Shown: positions 49,292-59,485 of the stretch, in pieces
How the letters are laid out: every line of letters begins with the position of its first letter
Position numbering within the stretch: the stretch's first letter is position 1
Assembly (NCBI GenBank): GCA_963663235.2
Contig: CAXXNO010000012.1
Location: 288,001 to 352,000, forward strand
Direction of reading: 5' to 3'
Source of the DNA: Dehalococcoidia bacterium
GTDB lineage: Bacteria > Chloroflexota > Dehalococcoidia > Bin125
Length of the DNA: 64,000 nucleotides
Notes under the pieces: model-generated
What the model saw: only the letters and a program-made list of their open reading frames with translations
What the model was told of the DNA's origin: nothing
Database searches by the model: none
Made by a program: the position numbers and the translations under genes

Positions 49292-50383
49292 ATGGAACTC
49301 GGTCTGATCACCAACACTCACGGCTGCGGCGGTCGCGACGACACCGACTGGTGGCACCAGCCCATGCCGCCGGAGGAGATGCGCCCGGTCGAGTCCGCCC
49401 AACTGGCGGAGCGACTCGGCTTCTACATGGTCTCCTTCGGCGATCACGTCGCCTTTCCGGAGGCCTCCCCGGAGTCGCTGACTCCCGTCTACCGCGAGGG
49501 CCGCTCCAACCTAGAGGTGCGCCAGCGCGGCGAACTGGAGGGCGACGTCGGCAGCGCCAAGCGCCACTATCCGCCCAAGCCCAACATCCTCGACGGCATG
49601 GTTGTCATGGGCGCCATCGCCACGCATACCAGCCGCATCAGGATGGGCTCCGGCGTGCTCATCTCCCCCTATCGCCACCCTCTCAGCGATGCCCGCCAGT
49701 TCGCCACCATCGACTACCTCTCCAACGGCCGCCTGCTCATGGGGGTGGGCGCCGGCTGGATGAAGGAAGAGTTTGACGTGCTCGGCCTCGATCACAGCAA
49801 GCGCCTGCAGATGCTGGAGGAGTGCATCCAGGTGTATGACTGCTGCTGGACCCAAGACTTCGCCACCTTCCACGGCCAGTTCTACGACTTCGAGAACGTC
49901 GTCATGTTCCCCAAGCCCATCCAGAATCCCCGCCCGCCCTTCATCGTCGGCGCTACCACCAAACCCGGTGCCCGCATCACCGCCCGCTACGGCGACGCCC
50001 TCTACCCCATCCTCGTCCAAGCCAACACCCGCCCCCACGAGTACGACGTCCTCCAAGACGAGATCCGCCGCGAATGCGAGAAGATCGGCCGCGACCCCTC
50101 CGAGATCGCGATGATGGGCATCGTCTCCGCCCGCATTACGGATGCCAAAGACGAGGAAGCCACCCGCAAGCCCCGCCGCAACTTCGGCGGCACCGCCGAG
50201 CAGATCCTCTCCGACGTGGAGCGCTTCGCCGACGCCGGCTACTCCCTGCTCAACCTGGCGCCGCACGCCATCTCCGCCACCTACCAGGAGTGGGAGGAGC
50301 AAGTCCAGCGCATCGGCGAGGAGGTCCTGCCCCAGGCCAAGAAGATCAAGGCCGCGGGCGAGTGGCGCCAGGACCTCTGGTGA
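49292..50383 (+). CDS. LLM class (probably F420-dependent) oxidoreductase
   Basis: GDHV, PYRHPL.DARQ.ATID.LSNGRL; close paralog of 26343 (shared AAGEWRQD end). Confidence 0.92.
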   Translation: MELGLITNTHGCGGRDDTDWWHQPMPPEEMRPVESAQLAERLGFYMVSFGDHVAFPEASPESLTPVYREGRSNLEVRQRGELEGDVGSAKRHYPPKPNILDGMVVMGAIATHTSRIRMGSGVLISPYRHPLSDARQFATIDYLSNGRLLMGVGAGWMKEEFDVLGLDHSKRLQMLEECIQVYDCCWTQDFATFHGQFYDFENVVMFPKPIQNPRPPFIVGATTKPGARITARYGDALYPILVQANTRPHEYDVLQDEIRRECEKIGRDPSEIAMMGIVSARITDAKDEEATRKPRRNFGGTAEQILSDVERFADAGYSLLNLAPHAISATYQEWEEQVQRIGEEVLPQAKKIKAAGEWRQDLW

Positions 50384-50452
50384 GGCGGACCCACAACCGC
50401 CCGGCCATCTCCCGGATATAGAGATCCGAGACACCGCGGAAGGGGTGGGATC

Positions 50453-51244
50453 ATGCAGCGCGCAAACGTCGGCAGCGTCGAAGTCGTTGGCTTGGTGGAT
50501 ACACGTTTCGCCTTCCCGGTAGGCGGCGTCTTTCCAGAGATCGGGAAAGCGGCCTCCCAGTACCGGCACTTCCTCACCCCCGATGGCGACGTCCCCATGA
50601 TCTGCGCCTGCTTCCTCCTCCGGGCCAACGGCCAGACCATCCTCGTCGACACCGGCTACGCCGAGGCGGGCGACGCCCGCCTCCTGCCCGACCTCGAGAC
50701 CGCCGGCGTCAAGCTCGCCGATGTCGACACGGTCGTCTTTACCCACCTGCATCCGGACCACACCGCCTGGAACATCGACCGCAAGACCGGCGACCCGACC
50801 TTTCCCAACGCCCGCTACTGGGCGCCGCAGGCCGATTGGGACTTCTTCGACGCCCAAGGCGCCGACCACTTCACCCGCGACATGAAGCCGCTGCAAGCCG
50901 CCGGCCAACTCGATCTCTTCAGCGGCGAGAAGACCGTCACGCCATCCCTGACCACGCTCCCCACGCCGGGGCATACGCCCGGACACTCCAGCATCGCCAT
51001 CGTCTCCGGCAACGATCGCGGCTTCATCCTGGGCGACGTCGTACTCTCCGCGCTGGACGTCCAGGATCCCGATCTCGTCAACAGCTTCGATACCGACAGC
51101 GACCAGGCGCGGCAGACCCGCCTGACCATCCTCAAGCGCTTGGAATCGGGGCAAGAGCTAGTCGGCGCCGCGCATCTCCCGGGCGAGGGCCTGGGCCACT
51201 TCGGCCTCATGGAGGGCCGCCGCGTCTGGCGGCCGCTCACCTGA
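50453..51244 (+). CDS. MBL-fold metallo-hydrolase
   Basis: LVDTG, THLHPDH, TPGHTPGH, GDV, C-terminal His. Confidence 0.92.
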   Translation: MQRANVGSVEVVGLVDTRFAFPVGGVFPEIGKAASQYRHFLTPDGDVPMICACFLLRANGQTILVDTGYAEAGDARLLPDLETAGVKLADVDTVVFTHLHPDHTAWNIDRKTGDPTFPNARYWAPQADWDFFDAQGADHFTRDMKPLQAAGQLDLFSGEKTVTPSLTTLPTPGHTPGHSSIAIVSGNDRGFILGDVVLSALDVQDPDLVNSFDTDSDQARQTRLTILKRLESGQELVGAAHLPGEGLGHFGLMEGRRVWRPLT

Positions 51245-51261
51245 CCGGGGCTTGGGGGCCG

Positions 51262-51711
51262 CTAGCTCGGCCGCTTCCGGATCAGATAGGCGTGCATGCC
51301 CTCCAGGCAGAGCTCGCCGTGGTGGTTGGTGATCCGGCTCGTCAGACGCACCAACCCCATGTCTGTCTTCGGGACCAGTTCGCTCACCTCTAGCTCCGGC
51401 GTAATCGTGTCGCCGATCAGCACCGGCTTGAGGAATCGGGACGACTGCTCCAGGAACGCCACGATCGACCCCTCGATTAACGGGTTCAACGTCGAGGCCC
51501 CCGCCGCCGTCATCGATGCCAGCAGCAGCCCGTGCGTCACCCGCTTGCCGAAGCGGGTCCCCTTGGCGAACTCCTCGTCGTAGTGGATCGGGTTGTTGTC
51601 CCCGGTGAGCCCGGAGAAGAAAAGGAAGTGCGCGTCCGTCACCGTCTTGGACGGGATAGAGAACGTCTCCCCGATCTGGAAGTCCTCAAAGTACTTCGTC
51701 GCCTCTGTCAT
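51262..51711 (-). CDS. MaoC family dehydratase
   Basis: YFEDF, F..LTGD.NPIH.D.EFA, HG, FLKPV.IGDT. Confidence 0.92.
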   Translation of the reverse strand: MTEATKYFEDFQIGETFSIPSKTVTDAHFLFFSGLTGDNNPIHYDEEFAKGTRFGKRVTHGLLLASMTAAGASTLNPLIEGSIVAFLEQSSRFLKPVLIGDTITPELEVSELVPKTDMGLVRLTSRITNHHGELCLEGMHAYLIRKRPS

Positions 51712-51737
51712 CGCCTCTCCTGCCGCCGTTCCCGCCG

Positions 51738-52337
51738 CTATCGCCTCGCGGCCCGCTTCCGCGCCGGAGCTTTCCGTGCCGGAGCTTTCCGTGCCGGAGC
51801 CTTGCGCGCCGTCTTCTTTGCGGCCGTCCGTTTCGCCGCCCTTTTCCGCGCGGGCGCTCTCTTCGCGGCGCTCTTCCGCGCCCGACCCTTCTTGGCGGCG
51901 GCCTTCCGCGCCGGGGCCCGCTTCCGCGCCCGCGCCGCCGGCCGCCGCGGCTCGTCCAACACGGCGATGGCGTCTATCTCGATCAGCGCGCCGTCCCGGA
52001 GGATTCCCTTGATGATCACCCCCGTGGCCGCCGAGAAGCCGTTCTTCATGAACTCCCGACGGACCGCCGCGGTCTCCCGGTATCGCTCCGTTGTCGTGAT
52101 GAACTCCGTCGTCTTCACCACGTCGTCGAAGCTGCTCCCGGCGGCCTTGAGGATCTGATCCAGCTTCCGGTAGATCTGCCGCGTCTGTGACGCGATGTCC
52201 GGCCCGACGAGCCGGCCGCTCTCGTCCGTGCCCGTCATCCCGGAGATGAACAGCAAGTTGCCCTTCCGCACCGCCGGCGAGAACGTGTAGCGGTCGCTCC
52301 ACTCCCAGCCCGGATTCACCACCTCAAACTTGGGCAT
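51738..52337 (-). CDS. RidA/YjgF family protein with C-terminal histone-H1-like Lys/Arg/Ala tail
   Basis: FSPAV..GN.LFISG, IL.AAG.S..DVVK, A.VR, LIEIDAIA, then ~70 aa of KAPAR/AAKK/RAAKR repeats; AAGGAGG before ATG 52337. Confidence 0.88.
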   Translation of the reverse strand: MPKFEVVNPGWEWSDRYTFSPAVRKGNLLFISGMTGTDESGRLVGPDIASQTRQIYRKLDQILKAAGSSFDDVVKTTEFITTTERYRETAAVRREFMKNGFSAATGVIIKGILRDGALIEIDAIAVLDEPRRPAARARKRAPARKAAAKKGRARKSAAKRAPARKRAAKRTAAKKTARKAPARKAPARKAPARKRAARR

Positions 52338-52509
52338 CGCTTCCTCCTTGTGCTCCCACGGGACGCAGCGTGCGCCCGCCCCGAAACTGGTGCGAGGATC
52401 GCCGATGTCCCACAACATTTCAAGCGGGCATCGGCGTCTCGCTCGATGCCGCCCGCCTCTACAACCGCACGATCGCCCCCTGCGCCTCCAGCCGATGCCG
52501 CAGAGCTTC

Positions 52510-53477
52510 CTAGTGGGCCGCGTCGTGGTGTTCCGCCATGGGTCCGGCGCTCTCCGTATGGCCACGCTCCTTGAAGACTTCCTGCTCCAAGAAGTCGATC
52601 TCTCGCGGGTCCTCGCCGATAGGGCGCTGCTCAAGCTGGATGGTGGAGAAGTACGCCGCGTAGTCCTCGCGCAGCAGGCGCGTGATCCGTTCGAGTAACC
52701 CGGCGTCGGCCAACTCGTCGATACGCACGTGGGCCGACACGACGGTCTTGCCTGAGGTGAGGGTCCAGGCGTGGATATGGTGCATATCGACGGCCCCTGG
52801 AAGCGCCTCCACGTCGCGCTTGAGCCGGACCAGATCGAGATCCTTCGGCGTCGCCTCCAGGAAGATGTTCGTCGATTCCTTGATGATTCCCACCGAGGCC
52901 CAGAGCAGCAGCACACCGAACGCCATTCCGAGAATCGGGTCAATCTCCAGAAAACCCGTCGTCGCAATGACGATCGCGGCCACGATAATAATGAGACTGC
53001 CCACGAAGGTCTGCCCCACATGCCATATTGCCCCTTGGATATTCAGGTTGCCGCGCTGGCTTCGCAGCAGGAGAGTAAGCGCGATCACCTCCGTCACCAG
53101 CCCCCCGCCGGCGATGAGTAGCATCGGGACGGTTGCCAGGTCCTTGGGGTCGCTGAGTCGCAGCGCTCCCATCACAAAGACGAGAACCGCCATGCCGAGC
53201 AGGAAGAAGCCGTTGGCGAAGGCGCCGAGGACCTCCGCGCGCGGATGAGTCCGAAGGTCCGTGTGGGCGTCGCCGGCCTGCCAGCGAGGGACGCGGCCCC
53301 CATCGCGATCAGCACCCCGCCCACCGCCGAGAGCGTGTGGAAAGCGTCCGACAGCACAGCCACGGAGCCGATGAGCAGGCCCGCCGTGAGTTCGACGACG
53401 AAATAGATCCCTGTCAGAAGCGCGGAGACCTGCAGAGCGCGTGTTGTTCGACCGTCAAGGTGCTGGGCGTGTGCCAT
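52510..53477 (-). pseudogene. Cation diffusion facilitator (CzcD/ZitB-like) with 2-bp insertion near 53240
   Basis: SVAVLSDAFH, TFG..R(A)EVLGA..NG split by an extra CG in CGCGCGCG; NI.GA.WHV, D.HHIHAW, STIQLE. Confidence 0.85.
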
Positions 53478-53565
53478 TAGCGATGGCTAACCTACCAGCC
53501 TTGGCCTAGCGCGCGGCGGTGGGGCCCGAACTATACCTCCGCTCTGGGCTCGGCGCTGCCCGCCC

Positions 53566-54846
53566 CTACAGCCGCACGATCGCCCCCTGCGCCTCCAGCC
53601 GACGCCGCAGCGACGCCACGTCCAGCTCCTTGACCCCAACGCCCTCCTGCAACGCCATCGCCGCCGCCGTCCCCGCCGCCTGCCCCGTCGCCATGCACGG
53701 CGGGATCTCCTTGGTCGCGTGGTGCACTCGATGGTCCACCGAGATGCACCGGCCCGCCACCAGCACGTTGCTCAGCTCCTTCGGCAGCAGGCAGCGATAG
53801 GGGATCTGGTACAGCGCCTCGTATTTCGTCCAGTGCCCCGTCACCGCCACCGCGTCGTCGAACGCGCGGTCCATCTCCTCGCGTCGCAACACGTGCTCGC
53901 CCTGCAGGCGGCGGCTCTCCGTCACCCCCAACTGGTCGGCGATGTGGCAGAAGTGCGCCTTGGCGAAGCCGGGGACCTCCCGCCGCAGCCGGTCCGCCTC
54001 CTCCATCACCCGCTTCCGACCCTCCAGCTCCGCATAGGTCAGGTCCTCTGGCTTCGTCGCGTCGATCCGGCGCGAGATCTTTTCGGTCGCCCCCCAGGGC
54101 AGCAGCACCTTCCCCTCGCCGATGGTGCGGAAGAACCAGCCCCCCGCGTCGATCGCCGCCTCCGTCTCCTCCACCCCACCCATGCAGAACCACAGCCAGG
54201 GCAGCACCTCCGCCGTTTCATGGCGGCAGCCCGCCGCCGCCACGATGTCGCCGTCACCGCTCGCATCGATCACCACCCGCGCCAGCACCGCGAACCGCCC
54301 CGCCTTCGATTGGAACGTCACGCCCGTCACCCGGTCGTCTTCCACAATCGGGTCGGCCGCCCAGGCGTGCAGCAGCAGCCGCACGCCCGCCTCTTCCACC
54401 ATCTGGTTGAAGGCGAACTTCAGCTCCTCAGGCTCGTAGGCCACGGAGTAGCACACCCGGTGCGGTCCGCTGCCCCACACCAGCCCCCAGCGGGAGGCGT
54501 GTTTGACCAGCGCCTCGTCGTCGCTTCCCCACTCCGCCTCCGGCGGGAAGTACGCCGCGCCGCGCTTGGCCAGCCGGTCCGTCACCTCCTGGCACAGCCC
54601 GCCGACCACCTGCCGGCCCCGGCCGTCGTCCAGCGTCAAGAGGAGGATGATCAACCCGCCGGTGGCCAGCCCCCCCAAGTAGCCGTAGCGCTCCACCAGC
54701 ATGACGTCGGCGCCGTTGCGCGCCGCCGCCACCGCCGCCGACACCCCCGCCGCGCCCCCGCCCACCACCAGCACGTCCGCCTCCGCCCGCACCGGCGTCG
54801 ACCGCGACGGCTCCTGCACGAACGCTTGACCCTCTGACGACGTCAT
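53566..54846 (-). CDS. FAD-dependent oxidoreductase (FAD_oxidored family)
   Basis: DVLVVGGG.AG..AA, LGGLATGG, IDASGDGD, ESRR, IPYR.L.P, AGRCIS, GQAAG.AA. Confidence 0.9.
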   Translation of the reverse strand: MTSSEGQAFVQEPSRSTPVRAEADVLVVGGGAAGVSAAVAAARNGADVMLVERYGYLGGLATGGLIILLLTLDDGRGRQVVGGLCQEVTDRLAKRGAAYFPPEAEWGSDDEALVKHASRWGLVWGSGPHRVCYSVAYEPEELKFAFNQMVEEAGVRLLLHAWAADPIVEDDRVTGVTFQSKAGRFAVLARVVIDASGDGDIVAAAGCRHETAEVLPWLWFCMGGVEETEAAIDAGGWFFRTIGEGKVLLPWGATEKISRRIDATKPEDLTYAELEGRKRVMEEADRLRREVPGFAKAHFCHIADQLGVTESRRLQGEHVLRREEMDRAFDDAVAVTGHWTKYEALYQIPYRCLLPKELSNVLVAGRCISVDHRVHHATKEIPPCMATGQAAGTAAAMALQEGVGVKELDVASLRRRLEAQGAIVRL

Positions 54847-55065
54847 CGCTGCACTCCTCGCTCCACTCTCACTCCCCACCGGACGCCCGAACCGCTGGGG
54901 CGCGAGTTCGCGGCGTCGGTCACGCTACACGCCACCGCGATCCCTGTCCCGGCCGGATCGACGGCTCGCGGTGGAGGTCCACAACCTTCGAAAGCTGCAG
55001 GGCCCGTATTTGACCCGATGCGCCCGCGTGCCTAGGCTGCCGCATCAAGCGGAAAAGAGCCGCCC

Positions 55066-56797
55066 ATGAGGGCCTCGACCACTCGTCTGCATCTCCGGGC
55101 GGCGCTCGCAGTCCTCCTGTTTATGCTCGCTATCGCCGCCGCGTCGCACGGGCCGACGCTTCACGCCCAGGACGATGCCCAGCCGTCGGACTCAAGTCAG
55201 ACCCTCACGCTCAACGACGGCGGTCAATTCGTCTTCTGGTCCTTCGGTCCGTTCGACGCTGCCGACATCTTCGGCACCGTCAAGATCGCCTGGCGCTTCG
55301 ACCCCGACGCCGTCAACTGGACCGCCTTCATCCCCGCCCTCGGCGCCGTCAACTTCCCCATCGACGATGGCGACGTCCTCTGGATCGTCTCCGAGGGCGA
55401 CCAGGTCATCGACCTCGCGGGCGACGTTGTCACCGCCGACGATGGCAGCGCCACCCTCACCATCCCCCCCGGCGCGCTCCCCGAGGACGTCTCCCCGGAC
55501 GACATCCAGATCACAAACCTCACGGACCTCGTCCAAGTGGAGAGCGAAGACCCCGATGTGTCGCTCCTCGCCGCCTACCAACTGGAGCCGGACGGCCTCC
55601 AGCTTCAGAAGCCCGCCACCCTCGCCTTCACCGCCCCCATCGCTGATTAACGCCGTTGTCGTCGCCTACAACGTCTCCGACGCGGTCGAAGGCATCGAGA
55701 CCATCGACCTCGAACAGGACCCGGCCACCGGCCTCACATCAATCACGGCCGAGGTCGCCCACTTCAGCTTCGTCCCCTTCTTCCAGGAGGTCGGCGCCAA
55801 AGGCTTCATTCTGGAAGAGCCGCGCGAGGTCCCTGCGGGCCCCCACACCGTTGGCTCGACCTTCTCGGTCGTCTTTCCAATCACTCGCAGCGATGACTTT
55901 CGGCACGACGTGCGATTCACCATCACCATCCCCAACGGCCCCACCATCCGCGCCAGCATCGAGTTCCGCCCCAGGTCCGGGGGCAACTGGGGCGGCATAG
56001 GCCGCCCCACCACGCAGGGCCCCATCAGCCGCGTGGCCATGGGAACGTTCGACTTCCTCTGGCTCCTCCGCACCCAGCCGGACTTCAATTTCGCTGGTTC
56101 TTACAAGTGCGATGAGGCCGGCACCTACGAGTTCGACCTCGCTGCCAAGGCGCTCATCGACGCCAGGTATACCGTCGTCCTCTCCATCGACGGTTCCCTC
56201 CGCGCCGGTTCTGGCCGCGTCACCGCCGTCGGGCGCGACACGAAACAGCACTCCGGCCTCTGCTTCACCATCGTCGTGGATGACGACCGCTTCGGCTTCG
56301 CCCCCACGGACAACGAGATCCAGGTCGTGGGCGACTTCACGGACGGCGCCCGCACCCCAGAGTCCGAGGCCGCCGGGTGCATCCCTCTGGCCCGCAGATT
56401 CTTCTCCAATCTCCGCCTGGAGTTCGACTCTGAAGGCAACGTCCTGGTCATCGTGCAGCCCATCGTGAGTCAGCGCAGCACCCACCGCATCGACCCCGTG
56501 ACCGGGCAGTTCGTCGCTGACGTCTCCACCTTCCCCGTCGCCACCGTTCCTGGCGGCGCCTTCGGCGGCCCGGGACCGTTCTTCGATCCGGACACCTTCT
56601 ATAGCGGCGACCCGGATCCCTTCGCCGTCGAGGTCGACCGCGTCCTCGGTTCTCTGGAGCAGTCTTAGAACCCCGACGGCTTCGGCTTCTACGCCGGGAC
56701 GGTCCTCTCCGACGGATCCATGACCAACGGCCGCCACGCCCACGTCGACCCCGACGGTTGCCGCTCCACGTGGCGCGTGGACTTCGAGGCCCGCTAA
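55066..56797 (+). pseudogene. Exported protein with N-terminal GGQFVFW module and ZU5-like (HFS) domain; frameshift near 55648 and probable in-frame TAG at 56666
   Basis: Signal peptide (LHA-Q); module at ~55201-55413; LTIPPGAL..LEPDG..F continues in another frame to AEVAHFS. Coding-like codons continue past TAG 56666-56668 to TAA 56797. Confidence 0.72.
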
Positions 56798-56846
56798 ATC
56801 TCGCCACGCGCTACGCTGCTCGCCGGGACGATAGGAGCCGCGCCTC

Positions 56847-57893
56847 GTGGACTTCGGCCTCTTCTACCAGCTGCCGGCCTGGCCCGGCCAGGATCCGGCC
56901 CAGCGCTACCGCGACACGCTCGATCAGATCGCGGCCGGCGACGACCTGGGCTTCGACGTCGCCTGGCTGGCCGAGATGCACTTCGCCCCCCAATTCTCGA
57001 TCATGCCCTCGCCGCTCGTCGTAGGCGCCGCCGTCGCCGCCCGCACGCAACGCATCCGCATCGGCATCGGCGTCACCCTCCTGCCGCTCCACGATCCCGT
57101 CCGCGTCGCCGAAGACACCGCGACCCTCGATATCATCAGTGGCGGCCGCCTGGAGTACGGCGTCGGCCGGGGAGCGCGGCGCCAGCACTTCGAAGGCTTC
57201 GGCATCCCCGTCGAGGAGCGCAACGATCGCTTCGTCGAAGCGCTGGAGGTCTTGCTCCGCGCCTGGAGCGACGAACCGCTCACCTATGACGGGCGCTTCT
57301 TCCACTACCGCGACGTCGACGTGATCCCCAAGCCCCTCCAGCGGCCCCGGCCCCGGACGCGGCTCGCCGTGAACAGTGACGACAGCGCCGAACGCGCGGC
57401 CCGCTCCGGCCTCCAGATCATGCTCACGCCGATCACGGCGTCGCACGAGATGCTGCTGAAACGCATCGACATCTACCGCCGCGGCCGCGCCGAGGCCGGG
57501 AGCCCCGCCACCCCAGACGACATCGCCGTGCTCCTCCCCTCCTTCGTGGCGCCGGACGGCGACACCGCCCGCGCCGGCATGGAAAAGAGCATCATGAGCT
57601 ACGTGCGCATCGTGGCGGAGGTGATGCTCGGCCCCTATCTCCACAAGGGTGCGCAGGGGCAGGCCCCCGCCCTGGCGGAGCGCCTCAGCACCATCACCTA
57701 CCCCGAGGTGCTCGACCTCATGTGCGCCACCGGCGATCCCGACGAGGTGACCGCGAGGATCCAAGAGGCCGTCGATGCCTACGGCGCCGGCCAGGTCATC
57801 TGCTGGTTCAACCCCGGCGGCCTCGTCGAGCATGACAAGGTCATCGACACCATGCGGCTCTTCATGGAGCAGGTCCGCCCGCGCTTCGCCTAA
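56847..57893 (+). CDS. LLM class flavin-dependent oxidoreductase
   Basis: WLAEMHF, LPLHDPVRVAED.ATLDI.SGGRL.YGVGRG, PKPLQ.P. Confidence 0.92.
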   Translation: MDFGLFYQLPAWPGQDPAQRYRDTLDQIAAGDDLGFDVAWLAEMHFAPQFSIMPSPLVVGAAVAARTQRIRIGIGVTLLPLHDPVRVAEDTATLDIISGGRLEYGVGRGARRQHFEGFGIPVEERNDRFVEALEVLLRAWSDEPLTYDGRFFHYRDVDVIPKPLQRPRPRTRLAVNSDDSAERAARSGLQIMLTPITASHEMLLKRIDIYRRGRAEAGSPATPDDIAVLLPSFVAPDGDTARAGMEKSIMSYVRIVAEVMLGPYLHKGAQGQAPALAERLSTITYPEVLDLMCATGDPDEVTARIQEAVDAYGAGQVICWFNPGGLVEHDKVIDTMRLFMEQVRPRFA

Positions 57894-57932
57894 TCGCCCC
57901 CGCCTGGCGCGCCCCACTCCTCCACCACCCAC

Positions 57933-57978
57933 CGGCCCTCACGATAAAAGTGAGGGCCGCCATGTCGGCGGCCCTCAC
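57933..57978. terminator. Overlapping alternative hairpins between convergent genes
   Basis: CGGCCCTCAC-gataaaa-GTGAGGGCCG(CC)-atgtc-GGCGGCCCTCAC: the central arm can pair with either flank. Confidence 0.65.
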
Positions 57979-58010
57979 ACTCTTGCTTGCCTTCGGTCGG
58001 GTGCGGAACC

Positions 58011-59168
58011 CTAGGCCAAGACCTCAATCTCCTGCGCCGTGTCGGAGACGACCCAGAGGACGTCACCGTCGGCCAGAGCGAAGTTGGTGATGCCCAATGC
58101 AGGAATGAACGAAAGCCAGCTCACAGCCGTCGCGTTGAACAACCAGGCGATCTTCACGCCCGTAAACACGTCCGCCGCGTTTGCCGGCCCGAACTGCCAG
58201 AACACGAACTGCCCGCCCGCGTTCAAGGTCAGCGTGCCGAGCAGCTCCGGCTCCGGCTCCGGCATGCCGTCGCCGTCGCCGTCGCCGTTCTCGGGCTCGC
58301 CGTCGCCCGCCGGGATGGCCACGGTGTGGACGTTCACGTAGGCGTTGCCCGCCTCCATCTCCGCAACCAGGTCGGCGATGGTCCCGCCTTCCAGCGGGCC
58401 GATGAGATCGGCGGCGGTGATAGTGCCCGGCACCTGCACGCCGTCCACGCCTTCCGCGACAAGGCCGAAGAGGAACGCCGTGACCGGCCCGTTGTCATCG
58501 GCCGGCCCGATGTGGATGTGCGCTTGCGTTACGCCGATAATGTCGACGGCCACGAGCTCGAAAGAGATCGTGTCGCCCTCCAGCGTCGCGTCGAACGACC
58601 CGCTCCCGGCCGTTTTGATGGCGGGCACCTCTGCGCCGCCGCTCAGCGTGGCGCTGAACGTCTCCTCCGGCGGAATCCCGACAATCTGGCCGCGAATCTC
58701 ACCCCCCGCGTTGACCAGGGTGTGGACGTTCACGTAGGCGTTGCCCGCTCGCATCTCCGCAACCAGGTCGGCGATGGTCCCGCCTTCCAGCGGGCCGACG
58801 AGATCGGCCGCGGTCAGGGTGCCGTCGGCATCCACGCCGTCCACGCCTTCCTCGACAAGGCCGAAGAGGAACGCCGTGACCGGCCCGGTGTCATCGGCCG
58901 GCCCGATGTGGATGTGCGCCTGCGTCACGCCGATGATGTCTATCGCCGCGAGCCCGAAGGAAATCGTGTCGCCCTCCAGCGTCGCCGCGAACGACCCGGT
59001 CCCGTCCGTTTCGATGGCGGGCACCTCGGCGCCGCCGCTCAGCGTAGCGCTGAACTACACCGCCTGCGCCTCAACCTGCCCCCCGCCCCACACCAGCACC
59101 GCCACGACGGCCGCGAGCGCCACCCCGATGACCGAGCCCCAGCGCAACTGTCCGATTTGGATTCCCAA
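58011..59168 (-). pseudogene. Second CHRD-CHRD-GGQFVFW protein, disrupted
   Basis: TTG start after GGAAGGAG; signal peptide; TAG at 59055-59057 where the paralog has CAG; 39-bp deletion removes EIRGQIVANVPAG from CHRD2. DNA nearly identical to ~23010-23790. Confidence 0.85.
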
Positions 59169-59388
59169 ACTCTCGCTCCTTCCGTTTACTGATCTCTGCA
59201 TCTGCGATCGGGCCGAAGTCTACGGCCCGGCCCTGTTCGTAGGCCGCCTTAGGATACGAAACCGGCGTCTAGCCCGATCATGCGCGATGCGCCAAAAGGC
59301 ACGGACACCTGCCTGGAGGTATCCCGTGAGACGCGCCGCGGCGAACCTTTTTACCTCGCGGTTACAGGCCGCCGGGCGCGCAAACGCC

Positions 59389-59428
59389 GCGAGGCCGTCC
59401 TCCCACACCGGCGGAAGAACGGCCTCGC
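59389..59428 (-). terminator. Strong hairpin downstream of the large surface-protein gene
   Basis: 16-bp stem that pairs fully only on the minus strand (two G-U pairs): GCGAGGCCGTTCTTCC-8 nt-GGGAGGACGGCCTCGC. Confidence 0.75.
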
Positions 59429-59485
59429 CACAGACACACATTCGCTTGGGGTTACGGCCCCTTCCAGGCTACCGCAGTACCCCGG

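Noticed and set aside
2114-59057. Stop-codon reassignment or selenocysteine (TGA at Trp/Cys positions 2114, 38606, 47390; TAG at 56666, 59055)
   Set aside because: All three stop codons appear as internal lesions, often with frameshifts in the same gene, and many intact genes here end in TGA or TAG.
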